A stretch of DNA of 64,000 nt. Origin: Camelus ferus. Lineage: Eukaryota. The stretch spans positions 63,986,001 through 64,050,000 of the forward strand of contig NC_045696.1 of the NCBI RefSeq assembly GCF_009834535.1, written 5' to 3'. Shown piece after piece: positions 1 to 14,110 of this stretch (position 1 is the stretch's first letter; the number at the start of each line of letters is the position of its first letter). Made by a program: the position numbers and the translations under genes. The notes beneath the pieces were generated by a model that was not told the origin of the DNA, did no database searches, and was given only the letters and a program-made list of their open reading frames with translations.

Positions 1-1579
1 AAATTAAGGGATGTTTCATCTTCTTTTATTTTCTGGAAGAAATTTTGAAGAGTTGATATTAATTATTCTTTAAATGTTTAGTAGAGTTTTTCAGTGAAAC
101 CACCTGGGCTTAGGGATTTCTTTTTGGAAACCTAAAAAGTATAAACTCAACTTTCTTGATAGTTATGGGGTTATTCAAATTATCTATTGTCCTTCTAATG
201 ACATGAATAATAAGATTGTTATAGTTTCACAGGTCCTAAGGCTCTATTCAACATTTTTTTAGGCTATTTTCTCTCTGTAGTTCAGATTGGGCAATTTTTA
301 CTGTTCTATCTTTCACATCACTCATTATTTCCTGTCCTTCCCTTCTACTGTTGAGCCCATGCCATTGAGAGTTTTTTTTTTTTAATTTCAGTTCTAAATT
401 TTTTTTAATATTCAGTTCTAAAATTTCCATTTGATTCTACTTTAGATCTTCTATTTTTTGCTGAGATATTCTGTTTTTCATTTCTTTTACATGTGACTCT
501 AATTGCACCTTAAAGCACTCTTATGATGGCTGCTTTAAAATCTTTGTCAAATAATTCTAACATCTCTTTTATATTTGTGTTGGCATCTATGGGTTATGTT
601 TCTTCATTCAGTTTGAGATCTTTCTGTTTTTGGTATGACTTAAAGAAAATTAAAACATGGACATTTTAGATATTATGTTATGAGACTCTGGATCTTATTT
701 AAAACTTAGTTGGTTCTGTTGACACTGCTCCACTGCTCCACTGGTGGGGGTGTGCTGGACCCCAAGCTGCCTCCTCAAAAACCGGGGGAGAAACAGATCC
801 ACTTCTTCCCTGGGGGTGGAGTTCTTGGTCACCAGCCTCATTTCTTACCCTTGATGAGGCTATCACTTCCCCGGGTGAAACCTTCCTCCTGTAGGTTCAG
901 CATAAGATTGTCAGCAGTGAGACAGATACAACTCTGTGATGCGGTGATCATCTGGGAGATGTTCTGGGCCACCTGGATCTTGTGCGGCTTGTGCGTCTCA
1001 TTCCTGCCAGTTGGTGGTGCAAGTTCCGGTTACCTACTCAACCGCCATGGACACTTGAGGAGAGGGAGGCTCCTCAGTTTTTGCTGGTTGAGGGTGGGAG
1101 TTTCAGCACCACCAGCTTCCACTGAGAACTCTATGGCTTGGAGTGTGAGAAGTGCCTCATTCCTCCTCCCAACATGGCCTCCATGGATGCCATGGGATAG
1201 GGTCTTACTATTGCTGGTTGGAAGTAAAAAGTCTTGAATCTCCATTAGGCTTCCTCTGACAACACCCCAGCATGGAGGAGGAGGGGAGCCTTGTTACTGC
1301 TGGTTGGGAGTGGAAGTCCAGGCTCCACATGGTTTCCACTGACATCCAAGGGGAAAAGGTGCTTGTTACTATTTGGTGGGAATGAAAATCTTGGCTCCTT
1401 ATGTAGTCTTATATGACATCATTCCTGCAGGAAGGTGAGGTTCCTCTTTACAACATGTTGAGAAGAGCAGTCTAGACTCCCCACTTGGCCTTTGCTGCTG
1501 TAGGTGGAGTGAGGGCCACAGTTTTTCATGTGCATGAACTTTGGATCCTTTTCCTGGTCACGTGGGTAGAGAGATCAGG

Positions 1580-1622
<43 letters not shown>

Positions 1623-1860
1623 CTCATTTCCAGGTTGCTACTTCATTTGATTCAAGTTATAGATGAGGCAAAAAGAAAACCCAGGGAACTCACTACCATG
1701 TCATTTGTTCCTTGGCTCCCAAGTTCCCCAGCCAATCTGCCTTCGCTCCACCATTTAGGCTTCTTATCTTTGTTTTCTATGTAATGTTCATGAATCTTAG
1801 TTGAATTCATTGGGAGGAATAGGAAAAAGCAAGTCTTCCCCATGTTTCCAGAAGTAAAAG
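1..1860 (-). mobile_element. Old degenerate LINE-1 (L1M-type) fragments: ORF2/ORF1/5' region, interrupted by a (TG)n repeat
   Basis: T-rich antisense L1-like text; ORF 248..430(-) resembles the L1 ORF1p coiled coil (MEILELN...GLNSR...IAQSELQREN). Boundaries approximate. Confidence 0.6.
1581..1616. repeat. (TG)n microsatellite
   Basis: About 18 perfect TG units, seen directly. Confidence 0.97.
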
Positions 1861-2131
1861 TCTCATTTACTTTTAAAAGTAACATTACTTTCTGACTTTA
1901 TTTTAAAATATATTTGATTCTACTTTACATATTTTTGAAAGCACAGAAAACTATAAGGAAATAGATAAGCATCACCATGGTTCTATCATTGTTAATGTTT
2001 GGTGTATTTTCTGCTAGCTTTTTCTTCTATAATTTTCTTCTACATGATTGGACTAGAAGTATAAATGCCTTTGTTCATTTAACACATTATAAATATTCCC
2101 CTATGTCATTAAAAATTTATTGTGAATTTTA

Positions 2132-2282
2132 TTTATTTATTAAAACTTATTTATTTTATTTTTTGTTGGGGGGGTAGGTAATTAGGTTTATTTATTTATC
2201 TTTAGAGGAGGTTCTGGGGATTGAACCCAGGACCTTGTGCATGGTAAGCATGCACTCTACCACTTGAGCTATACCCTCCCCC
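2132..2282 (-). mobile_element. tRNA-derived SINE (camelid Vic-1-like)
   Basis: Reverse strand gives GGGGAGGGTATAGCTCAAGTGGTAGAG (A box), CTGGGTTCAATCCCCAG (B box) and an A-rich tail; 14-bp TSD TATTGTGAATTTTA at 2118-2131 and 2283-2296. Confidence 0.9.
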
Positions 2283-3769
2283 TATTGTGAATTTTAATTT
2301 GATGACTGAATAATATTCCATTTTGTGGAGGTGTCATATTTACTTAACTGTTCTCCAGAAGTTTGACAATTAAATTCTCTCTAGTGTGTGTGTATGTTTT
2401 ACTCTTGTGTGTAGTAATATAGAATTTTACCTTTTCATTTCAGATTATTTCCTTACAAAGAATTCCTGGAAACAATAATTATATCACTGCAACAAAATTA
2501 TGAATGCTTTTAAGACACTTGATAAGTTTGCTGAATTGCTTTTTAGAAAGTTTGTGCCACTTCATGAAGGATCCTACTGAATTTGTACAAAAATGCCCTG
2601 GTAAATCTCATTGGTCACTTTTCAGAACTTATCAAAGATCTTGGCCAATTTAAGAAAAAATGGCATCCTGTTTTAATTTTTCCATCCAACCTTACACAAG
2701 ATCAAAGTTTGGTATAATTCAGTTTGTTGGGGGCCAATTATCTGTAGGTCCACATGTTGGATGCTAAAATGTCAAGGTCAATACAAGGATGAAAAAGGCA
2801 TATTCTTTCACCAAGGAACTCAAAGTCTAGGAACAGTATTGGCTAGTACATAGAGAGCACTTGCCTTGTATTAGGCATCATATAAGCACTTTATAGGCAA
2901 CATGTTATTTAATTGTCACATCAACCCTGTGAGGTAGTTACCGTTATAAAACTCATTTGATGGAAGAACTATTACTTGTCTAAATGGAAATATCTCTTTC
3001 ACTGTATCGATCTGCCATCCCTAGATACCATGTGCATAAGAATCAGCTGAGATACTGAGCTGGAGATGCCCTGGTCCTCTGGTCCTACCTTCAGAAATTT
3101 GGGGTGGTGTTTCAGGAATTTACATTTTTAAAAAGTGTCCATGTGATTCTGATTCATATGGTTGGAAGTCCCACATTTAGGTACACTGGTAAGATATTTA
3201 CTTATGACTTTGAAATAAGGGCTATGTGATGATGGAGCAAGGAATCATTTTCTCTCAAAAGGCAGAGAAACTAGTTGAGGGTAGAGCTGTTTCAACTGTT
3301 TCCAGTGCCTGGTTTAGATGGGAGATTCTAATTCTCTACTTTCCTATCTATTTATTTAGCAAGAAAGAGTTTTTCCCTTAAGAAAAGTGATTGCTGTAAA
3401 GGTAAATCCATGGTAGTCACATGTAGGAAGGGATAGAATCAGTTAATACCTTTGGACCATGAGTATCCAGCCCTGCAGTCCCTCTTGACATGTCCCCCAG
3501 CAAATGCCTTTATGGCACCCATCTTTTCTCAGTCTTAGACAATAGCTAATCTATATCAATTGAACATGTGATGAGTCTCTACAATGTGGATGCTATGGAT
3601 ATAGATAAAGCTTTGTTCCTGCCTTCTAGGGACTAACACTTTAAGTGGAAGAAGCAAACATTTTATTCAACTAACTCAAGTATAAGTTCTACAAGGAACT
3701 AAAGTGATCTAAAGAAATACCTTTCCTTCCTTCCTTCCTTTATACCTTCCTTCCTTCCACCCTTCTTGA

Positions 3770-4230
3770 GTACTAACTATATATGAGTCCCTGTGCTAGG
3801 TATTAGGGCTAGAACAAAAAGTCCTAGGGCTGAATATCCAGTGGAGGATGGAGTTCAGTGGGCTGCTGTTATGACTGCAGTATATGCAAAGTGTTGTGAG
3901 AACACCAAGGAAGCTACAGCAAATTTCTGGATGACTTCAGTGAAAAAGTACCAACTGAAAATAATCTAGATGGACAAATCGGAGTTTACCAGCAAGCCCA
4001 GATAAGGTAAAGAACATTTTAAGTCAAGGAGGCACAATGTACCGAGGTACTGAGGTGTAAAGAAACAGAGCACATTCCTATTCGGAGAACTAGATGTCGC
4101 TTGGCACAGTTGGTGAGCAGGGCGTGTGTGTGTGGTGGAGTGGGACAGGAAGAACAGAGAGGGGAGGCTGAAAAGATACTGTGGGGAAGGTTGGGAAGGG
4201 CTTTGCATGTCATTCTAAAGAAAGGGATTA
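3770..4230 (+). mobile_element. Degenerate L2 LINE fragment
   Basis: L2-like phrases (gagtactaactatatgagtccctgtgctagg...); old and diverged, limits approximate. Confidence 0.45.
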
Positions 4231-6124
4231 AAGGGTTTTAAAATAGATGACCAACCATGCTGGCTTGCCTGGACCCTCTGGGCATTAGCACTGAAAACTC
4301 ACATCCGGAGAAGGCCCTCAGTCCTAGACAAATTGGGATGGTTGGTCACTGTAGGAAGGAATTGAAAGCAGCTTTAGGAAGGTAACTCTGTAGCAGGGTG
4401 GGCAACAGTGGGGGCACAAATGGAACTGGAAACAGTGGCTCTCACTATGATTCTAGTGAGCGTAGACTGAACTAACAGAGTAGTGTCAGGGATGGAACAG
4501 AAGAGACCATATTTGAGAAAAATATAGGAGACAATCCATAGCCTTTGAACCAATTAGAGGAGGGGCAGAATGATGAAGGGAATTCCGAGATTTCTGAGTC
4601 ATATAACTGGCTGTGTGGTGGTGGTGTGGATTCAGAGAGAGAAGAGGGTGTGACTAATGAGTCTGGTTTTAAACTTGTGATTAATTGTGATTGAGGGAGC
4701 TTTGTAGAAGGATTTGACTTGAATAGTACTTTTAAAGATTACTATGATTTTCCCCCCTAAGAGAAAGAACAACGAGGTAGGGGCAGGCATTTGCAAAACA
4801 AAAACAAACAAAAATTCTGCTTGAATAAAGCATGTTAGTGGATAAGACAGGGTATTACTAGGAATGGTGCTTAGATATAGGACACACTCATTTTAAGTAC
4901 AACTTTGCCTGATATGACTCTGATTAGACTGAGGGAAAAAAGAGGAGAGGTCTTGTTTTGCTATAAATATAGGATAAGGCAAGGCTATGCACCTGATACG
5001 TCATGGATGGCACTGGGGTGCTACAGGCCCATTACAGGGATTCTTATAGGAATGTTCAGATGGTGTCCCCTGCAGCTTTAAGTAGCATCATCTACTCATC
5101 AGATCTGCACTGTGCAAATATTGTCATTTTTCTATGGATACTATTATATCAAAAAGATTTGGAAGCACTGTGCTAAGGAAATCCCTTCTTTGGTTTATAG
5201 TCAAGCTTAAATTGACATAAAATTGCACCTACATTTTTATTGGAATGCAAAATAACAAAACAAAAATTCAATTCTCTTTTTTCTTTCTGGCTCACAGACT
5301 TTATTCTTTCCCTAGCTTTACTGAGATATAATTACATATAACATTGTGTGAGTTTAAGAGGTACAGTGTGATTTATATATATATTGTGAAATGGTTGAGT
5401 TCTTTATAAACAGAAGCTTTGGACTTTTTTTTTTTTTGACCATTTCCTTGTGAGATAAATGTTATTATTTCTTAAAAAAACCCATTAAATAAAAGCAGCC
5501 GAAGACTAGGTCATTTGTTGGTTGTCTTTGTGTAACATCTGAAATTGTGGGAAGGTAGCTATTAGCATTTGAACTCTTGCGGAGGCGCTGACCATTCCAT
5601 AAGTCATTATCATGAAACAGGGTAAGAGTGAGATTAAAAGAACCAGCAAAAGCAAGATGATAATCATGTAAGAGTATGTGACATTCTGCCTTTCTTTTAT
5701 TGTGAAATATGATATAATATCTATATAAAAGTGCATGAAATATTTTTGTGCAGCTTAATGGATAATTATAAAGTGAACAATCACTAACTATTATCTAGGC
5801 TAAGAAATAGAATAATGCCAAGCCAGTTTGGAAAAACCAGTCGTAGTGGATATTAGTGGGTCCATCGAAAAATCTGAATATAGTTTGGGTATAAGTTTAG
5901 ATAAAAACACACTGAACCTGGAGAAATGGAGGCCAGGGGGTGAAAAAGCAGATTATAAAAGAGCAAGCATTTACAGTATGGCTTCATTTTGATAAAAGAA
6001 ACAACATACATGCAGTGAGTTGTTAACTGCGATAACCTCTGGGTTGTGGGATTATGAAGTTCTTACTTGTTCTTTTAATTTTTATCTATTTGTGTATTTA
6101 TTTTATAATATCATATTTTAAAAA

Positions 6125-7075
6125 ATGAAGTATAGTTGATATACAATGTTGTATGTTACAGGTATACAATATAGTGATTTCACAATTTTTAAAGGTTAGG
6201 GTATAATTATTCTAAAATGTTGGCTATATTCCCCATGCTGTGCAGTACATCCTTGTAGCTTATTTTATACCTGATAGTTTGTCCCTCTTAATGCTCCACC
6301 CCCATCTTGCCCCTCTCCCCACTGGTAACCACTAGTTCCTTCTCTATATCTGTGAGTCTGTTTCCTTTCTATTATATTCACTAGTTTGCTGTACTATTTT
6401 AGCTTCCACATGTAAGTGATATCTTACAGTATTTGTCTTTCTCTGTCTGACTTACTTCACTTAGCGTAATGCCCTCCAAGTCCATCCATGCTGTACACCA
6501 GAAACTAATACAACATTTTAAATCAACTGTACTTCAATTAAAAAGCAAGCAAAAACAAAGCCCATTTAAAATATGGGCAGAAGAACTGAAGAGATGTTTT
6601 TCCAAAAGAGGAAATGCAGATGGCCAACAGGAGCATGAAAAGCTGTTCAACATCACTAATATCAGGGAAATGCAAATCGAAAGTACAATGAGACAGCATC
6701 TCACACCTATCAGAATGGCCATCATCAAAAAGAACACTCGTAACAACTGTTGGCAAGGATGTGGGGAAAAGGGAATCCTTGTACACTGTTGGTGGGAATG
6801 CAAATTGGTACAGCCACCATGGAAAACAATATGGAGGCTTCTCAAAAACCCAAAAATAGAACCACCACATGGCCCAGCAATTCCACTCCTGGGCATATAC
6901 CTGAGAAAAACAAGAACGTTAACTCAAAAAGATACATACACCCCCCTATTAACCGCAGCCGAGACACAGAAGCATCCTAAGTGCACATCAAAAGATGAAT
7001 GGATAAAGATGTAGCATATATATGCAATGAATTAGAACTCACCCACACAAAAAAAGGATATTTTGCTATTTACTG
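6125..7075. mobile_element. 5'-inverted LINE-1: 3' end on - strand (6125-6492), ORF2 C-terminal piece on + strand (~6550-7075)
   Basis: ORF 6469..7014 is an L1 ORF2p C-terminus ([44 protein letters not shown]); 6125-6492 is an antisense L1 3' UTR. Confidence 0.9.
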
Positions 7076-9649
7076 CCCTTCATTCACTTTCTTTTTGCAT
7101 GAAGTTTTTATTTGTATTTTCCTTTTTTGATCTTTAAAATTTGCATGTATTTCTTCTGTAACAACAAAAACAAAACAAAACACCCTGCAATGATGTCATA
7201 ACTATTTAGCCCAGCACTGAATGTCACGAATTACCCTTTATCAGTTGGGGGTGGCATCCCAGGATATTTCAAAAAGGTAGATTCTCCCAAACAATTTTTC
7301 ATTTTTATCGGGTCACTCATTTCCCCATCACCTGTCCTAATTTCATCATCTGCCACTTCAGTCCATTTGCTTGAGATTCCCCAGCAGAGTAAGAGGCCCC
7401 TTCTCTGTCTGTCAAAACCAGAATCATGCATCTTGGCTTGATGGTACCATCTTACAGAACTGTGAGAAACCTTCCCCAAGGCGATGCTCAAGTCTGAGTA
7501 CCAGTTATGGAAGTGAATCAGGTAGTCTTGTCACCCTTGGGAAATCCGATGCTTGGCTGATGAATATGACACAGTGGTCAGGAAGTCAGACGGTGACCTG
7601 CCAGCTCCCATTCTCCGGACCAAGCACAGGGCTTTCCACAGGTGGCATGCTCCCTCTTCCAGAGGACTATCTGATGGTCTCAAGCAGGTGGTCTGCACAG
7701 GACGATGGCAGCCATTTGCACAAGTGGTGCAATAGAGACCACTCTCTATTTTTCCTTAAAAGACTATTGAAAACTTGAGTGAAGACCACGTGGGCAGGCA
7801 TCTCCATGGAAGGGATTTATGACCTTAGATGTGCACCCACGAGGGGTCACATAGATGCATGCTGGCCACATAGATGACGTTTGTGAGGTTCCTGTTACTT
7901 GTAAGAACTATAGGTATCAAAATTGAGAGGGACTCAGAGATCATATAATTCATCTTCCTCTGTTAGTGATGGTGAAACTGAGGCCCAGAGAAGGGAAAGG
8001 GATTTTTTAATAGACTTTAGTTCAGACTAAAGCTCAGCCTTTCCCATCTCCAAGACGATGCTTTTTCTCCCCCTACTTGCAGGACAGTGCTGCAACCTGT
8101 CTGTCGGCTACGACTCTCACTCTCAATAAGTCTTAGCATTATTACTATGGGTTCAAGGACTTGTGTGCCCACCAAGCAATGACCAAGCCTCCATAAGCAA
8201 AAGTAGAACTCAATCATTTGAGAGTATTTAATAATAAATCGAAACCCATATGGTCACTGCCTAAGTCAGAGGATAGAACAGTGCTAGCATTCCAGATGTT
8301 TTTCTGGGGTCCCTTAACTATAACCCATCTCTGTCACCTTCCCTCAGTGTAGAGGTAACCTCTTACCTGACTTCTATAATTATTATTTTCTTGCCTTAAA
8401 AGTTTTTTTTCTAACCACATATGCATTCCATAGCAATGTTTTTGAAGTTTTTATAATTGAAATCAATCACGTATTCTTTTGTGTTTTGTTTCTTACACTT
8501 ATTTGTGAGATGTATTCCTATTATCGCATAAAATTAGAGTTGATTCATTTTCAATTGCACCAGGATATATTATTGTAAGACTATACTAAAAAACAAAGTC
8601 AGTTTCATTGTGGATGGACTTTTGGATGGTTTCCAGTTTTGAGTTTTTCTTGTTCATATCTCCTGGGCCACATGTGCACACATTTCTGCAGAGAAGGTTT
8701 TCACGAGTGGAATTGCTGGGTCACACCGTATGCATAAATTTCACCTTGCTATATAGTGCCAAACTGCGTTCCAAAGTGGTTTTAACAATTTGCCTCTCAC
8801 CAGCAATGTTAAGAAAGGGCTCCTCCTTCCAAATCAGGGTGGTAACCATTGTTCTAGGCATGCTTTTACCCCACCTCCACTATATGGTAAACATTTCAAG
8901 CCATCTCAACAAGAGAGCTTGGTAATAAACATAGTGATTGTTGAAATGATTTTTATCTACATAATCTGTTGTTTACACATCGACTTGGAATGGAAGATCA
9001 ATATATTTACACGGATTTTGTGTTGTTTGGACAGATAGAAATGGAGTTGTTCTGGTTGGGAGGAAAGTGTTTGTGTGTGTGCGTGCATGAGGTGGGTGAC
9101 CGGGAGCTCAGAGTACCACCTTCCAGGCTTTAGCCCGGTGTCTGGCACAGAGTGTAATTATTAGTAAGATTGCCTGAAAATGAAACAGGCTTCCCCAGGA
9201 AGTAGAGTTTGCTTCATTGCAGGTGTGGGAGTCCCATGTTGTGAAAGAAATGCAGGAGCAGATCATCTCAGATCCTGCCCTCTCTCAGAATTCTTGTAGC
9301 GTATTTCCCTCTCCTTCATTTTCTAAAACTTGATGGTAAGTGACAAACAGTAATACCTGAAGCTAAAGACAAATCACACCACTTGAGAATACAATTTATT
9401 GTCGATACATTTTCCATTGATCAAAGAGTCTAACTTTGGGAGGAGATCATGGCTTTTCCGGTCCTTTCTCTCTCTGTGTGCCCTCGTTTGAGAGTTCTCC
9501 AAAGATCTCAGATCTGTTCTCTGAAAAATGGTGTTTGACTGGACATTTGCTCAGAGTCGTCAGACGCTAACAGTCTGTAATCGCCATTTTTGGCTTCTCT
9601 AGTTAGCAGTCTAGTTGTATTCTACAACATTATCAGAGCCATTTGTTCA

Positions 9650-9935
9650 CTCAGAAAATATCAGTGGGCCTGTTATGTTCCAGGAACTGTTCTCTGTGCC
9701 AGGGATCCAGCAATGAACAAGACAGATCAAAACTCTGTGCTTGTGAAACTTAGATTCTAGAAACAGCTCACACACACACAAAATAAACAAATAAGAAAAG
9801 TATCAGACAGCGATGAGGGCTGGTAGAGATTTTAAAAGGATGCTGTGAAGAGACTGACTGGATGGCTTCTTTAGCCTGTGTGCTCAGGGAAGCCGAGATC
9901 TGAGTGATAAGGAGGGACCAGCCATGTCAGAGCGT
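9650..9935 (+). mobile_element. L2 LINE fragment
   Basis: L2 3' region text (tatgttccaggaactgttctctgtgccagggatccagcaatgaacaagacaga). Confidence 0.55.
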
Positions 9936-11324
9936 CCCTGAGGGCTTATCAGTTAACCTTGAGTCAAACTGCCCTCTAAGAACAACTTGTATTTTGAGTG
10001 GCGCTTTCATCACTGCTGTCCCATTCCATTGTCAATAACAGTTTTCTGAAGTAGGCATTATTATTATTATTTTTTAGGTGGGATAGTGATTTCCAGTTAA
10101 AATTAGTAAGTGACAGAAACAAATCTTGAACTCAGTGTTTGGTCTTTAAATGTAGCTTTTCCCCTGTTCTGCCCGGCCTTGGCCCTTTCTTCAGTGGTGG
10201 CTGCCCAGACAGGATGGGGTCCCAGACGCTGATCTGTCCGAGCCCCACTTGTCTCACACTACTCAGACATCACCAGCAAGAGAGGTTGTAGTTCTAGCAT
10301 TCCACGGGAACCTAGAAAACTCCTCTTGCCCAAGATGACCAGACCAGAAGATTAAGATGTTGCCTGCAGAAACCACTGTGTGGTTGCTGGGTGGAGTCCT
10401 TCCTGCCTATTTCCTCTCTCTCTCTCTGCAGTTCGAAGCTTGCGAAAACCTGTTTGAGGGCAACCTAAGAACTTGTCTGGGCGGTGCATCCATTAGCTCA
10501 AATGTGAACAATCAGCAAGAGTTCAAGCACTGTCCCTGGTGACACCTGCCAGTTGAGAATTTCAAGGAGCTGGGGTGGGAGCGTCTTTATGAGAGGCTTC
10601 TTGGTAGAATGAGTTTCCACTGTTACCTACAAGCTGGGTGACTCTGGGGACTTTCCTTAACCCCCTGGAAACTTACCTTCCTTATTCTCACCCACACGGT
10701 TGTTACCTTCTTTATCGGGTTGTGAGAGAATATGGAAAAATATATATTCAGGGTGACTAGGAAATAACGAAAGTTATTATTCACATGAACTGTGTGTTTT
10801 CATGATGTTCAGCTGAGTTTGGGTGGACAGTTAGCCATAGGGCAGGGTGTCACCACCCTGTCTGCCACTGATGGGTGGGACAGATTCCTTTTCTGCCAGC
10901 CAACAGGTGTGACAAGGAGGAGTTTCCACAGCCCATGCTGGCAGCCTTCTGGGCTGAGAAAAGGTTGCCTTGATTAGGTCAAAGGACCCCAGGCATTTCT
11001 GTTTTTCCTGTTTCCATAACCAGAATGCCGCCCAGCTGGTGACTTTGCCTGAAGACCGCAGCTTTAGGGGAGTCATGGGAAGTCCACTTGCTGGCTGTAG
11101 AGGGGGAAGGATGTAGGTGCAGCTTTGAAGTGTTCAGCAGACTTTCTGGGTCAGTGACTAGCTGGAGTAGGGTACATGTCCTGAAATCCCAAAGTCCCAC
11201 CAAAGGTGCATTATATGGCCGTAGAGTATGAGGTTGATTGTAACATCACAGTACATTGACCTGTAGTTACCTTTTATTTTTTTTGAGTTGGCCAAAGATC
11301 AGAGGGAAATTTTATTTATTTAAA

Positions 11325-11835
11325 ATTTTCTTTTATTGAAGTATAGTTGATTTGTAATGTTGTGTTAGTTTCAGGTGTACAGCAAAGTGATTCAGTTATA
11401 CATACACATATATACTCCTTTCCAGATTCCTTTGCTTTATAGATTATTACAAGATATTGATTACAGTTCCCTGGGCTATACAGTAGGTCCTTATTGGTTA
11501 TCTGTTTTATATATAGTAGTATGTTTATGTTAATCCCAAACTCCTAATTTATCCCTCCTCACCCTCTTTCCCCTTTGGTAGCCATAATTTGTTTTTGGTT
11601 TGTAAATAAGTTCATTTGAATCATTTTTTTTTAGATTCCACATATAAGTGATATCATATATTTGTCTTTCTCTGTCTGACTTACTTCACTTAATATGATC
11701 ATCTCTAAGTCCATCCACGTTGTTGCAAATGGCATTGTTTCATTCTTTTTTATGGCTGAGTAATATCTCATTGTGTGTATATATGTACATGTATATGTTA
11801 CATCTTCTTTATCCATTCTTCTGTCGATGGGCATT
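11325..11835 (-). mobile_element. LINE-1 3' end, 5'-truncated
   Basis: Antisense L1 3' UTR; ORF 11631..11921(-) has the ORF2 terminal motif YYSAIKKNE.MPFATTWMDLE.IILSEVSQ. Confidence 0.9.
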
Positions 11836-12121
11836 TTGACCTGTAACACCTTAAACTGACATTTTGTCCTTGAATACACTCCATGTTTCCAGACTTTGTA
11901 CCTTTGATCACTTTCCTTCACTTGGAGTGCCCTTTCTCATCTGCTTCTTTCCCGACTCCTGAAGTTCTAACAACTGTCTCCAAGTCCACCTCAAGTAACA
12001 ATTATCCTGTCAAGCTTTTCCTAATTATCATCTCAGTAGGATATCACCATCATTCTAAAGTGACAGCATGTTTCCCTCTGTGCTTTTCACATGACACTTC
12101 ATATTTTCTTAATCATATTTT

Positions 12122-12256
12122 TTCCCTTTATTAGGTTTTTTTGGGAGGGGGTTAATTAGGTTTGTTTGTTTGTTTATTTAATGGAGGTACTGGAGATTGA
12201 ACCCAGGACCTCATGCATGCTAAGCAAGTGCTCTACCACTGAGCTATACCCTCCCC
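12122..12256 (-). mobile_element. tRNA-derived SINE (Vic-1-like)
   Basis: Same A/B-box consensus as the SINE at 2132-2282. Confidence 0.9.
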
Positions 12257-13884
12257 ACTTCAATCATAATTTTTAATCTATCACCTTTCCTCTCAGCCTC
12301 TTGAGGGTGGGAAATTTATCTCTGGCAGATCTACCTTACCCATGACTTTAGACACAGTGGGCAATTTGAATGGAACTGAAGCAAAGACACCTTGAAGACT
12401 TTATGCTGGGGACGCAGCACCTAGACATTTTGCTGAGGAGTTCCTCGGTCCTGGGCCTGACAGTGCCACCATGCTGTTTCCCAGAGCAGTTGTGTGGGGT
12501 AATGCTGTATGAGCAATCTAGGAATTATTGGCCAGAGAGGTGGCACTCCAAGGCTAGGAATGAGAGAGGAGTGAAATTGCAAAGCTGGGAATGAAATTAA
12601 GTGACAGTCCAAGTGTCTGTCACAGGACAGCAAAAGACAGCCAGGCCACCAGACTTCCAAGGGTCCCCCTCGAGGCTTGTGGGGGACACCACTCAGTGGA
12701 TGTCAACACTGTTAATGGAAAATGGACTCAGCTGTCAAGCAGTCACTGTTGGAGAGTATTTCTAACATATTTTAAAAATAGTTTCTTTGTAAAGCAATTT
12801 CCAAGACTGAGAAATTAGCACAGTTCACCCAAAGGTAATTGTGAACACACTCTGGGCCAGAGCAGGAGCCTGTGGGGCAGATGTCCAGATCAGTTTGTCC
12901 CTTTCAGCCCAGGCCCTTGGTTTGTCTCTGTTGAAGGTGAGGAGTTTGGGAAACTCAGTCTTACCTTTAGCATCTTTTCAACTCCTGGAGAAAGACAATA
13001 AGGAGGAAGAAAAAGAAAAACACTTGTTCAAGAAACCTAGCCTTACAAACTAACTTCAGTGTAATTTAAATGATGGGACAGTTAAAATTTCCTAATCGCC
13101 CATGGGGCAGTATCTGGGGGTTGCTGATGCTTCCTCTTTTTTTATCCCCACTACCTTGATCTAATTTTTAGAGTCTCCAGAAACAGGCAAGGACTATGGG
13201 AACCAGACATCACCTGCTCATTTAAAGGGGCCACCTCTTACTAATTCCAGCTGATTCTTTCTTTCTTTTTCCCCCAGAACTTCAGGGGCTCACAATTAGA
13301 TTGTCCATAATTTTTGGTTCATGACATACTCGTTATTTGCCCATGCTGGATTCCATTAATTTAGTTAGTTGCTTAATTCCTTACAATAATGCATGACCCC
13401 ACCAGTCAAACAGAAGCTAGAATTTTGACCATGACCTACATTTGACAACTTGGCCCCTCTTTCTCCACCTTCAGCCCAATAGAAGTAACTGTTTGTCCTG
13501 TACCACGTGTTCATCACTCCCTTCCTTTCCATTCTATGTAGTTTTCTTTTATCTAAGTGTATCCTAAAAATAATTTTTACCTTTTAATTGTTTTTAACTT
13601 TATAAAAAGATTATCATGCCGTTGCAATCCTGTACATTGGTTGTTCTCACTTACTGTTATATTACTAAGTCATCCCGGCTGTCGGGCACTGCTGGGAGTT
13701 GATTCTTTTGAAGTGCTGTACCAGAGCCTGTGGTGGGAACACACCACGCCATGCTGCATCATCTTCTCTCACTGCGTGGTGTTGGGTTAGTTCCTGGGCT
13801 CCTTTTACGTGTTTCCTGGAGACCTCTAGTTGATTCTTGTGGTACAAGAGTGTGGGTTTAGTAGAGTCACAATTTTTGATTTAT

Positions 13885-14110
13885 TCATTTATTTTTATTG
13901 AAGTATAGTCAGTCTACAATGCTGTGTCAATTTCTGATGTATAGCATAATGTTTCAGTCATATATATATATATATACATATATTCATTTTTCTTTATAGG
14001 TTACTAACAAGATACTGAATATAGTTCCCTGTGCTATACCGAATAAACTTACTGTTTATTTTATATATAGTAGTTAGTATCTGCAAATCTCAAACTCCCA
14101 ATTTATCCCT
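13885..14110 (-). mobile_element. LINE-1 extreme 3' end
   Basis: ttgaagtatagtc...gttccctgtgctata matches the other L1 3' UTR copies in the window. Confidence 0.8.

Noticed and set aside
2132..2282. tRNA genes suggested by A/B boxes (also 12122, 22221, 28742, 38611)
   Set aside because: A-rich tails, TSDs and multiple similar copies identify them as SINEs.
7231..7778. Possible processed pseudogene in overlapping short ORFs
   Set aside because: No recognisable protein similarity, poly(A) or TSD.
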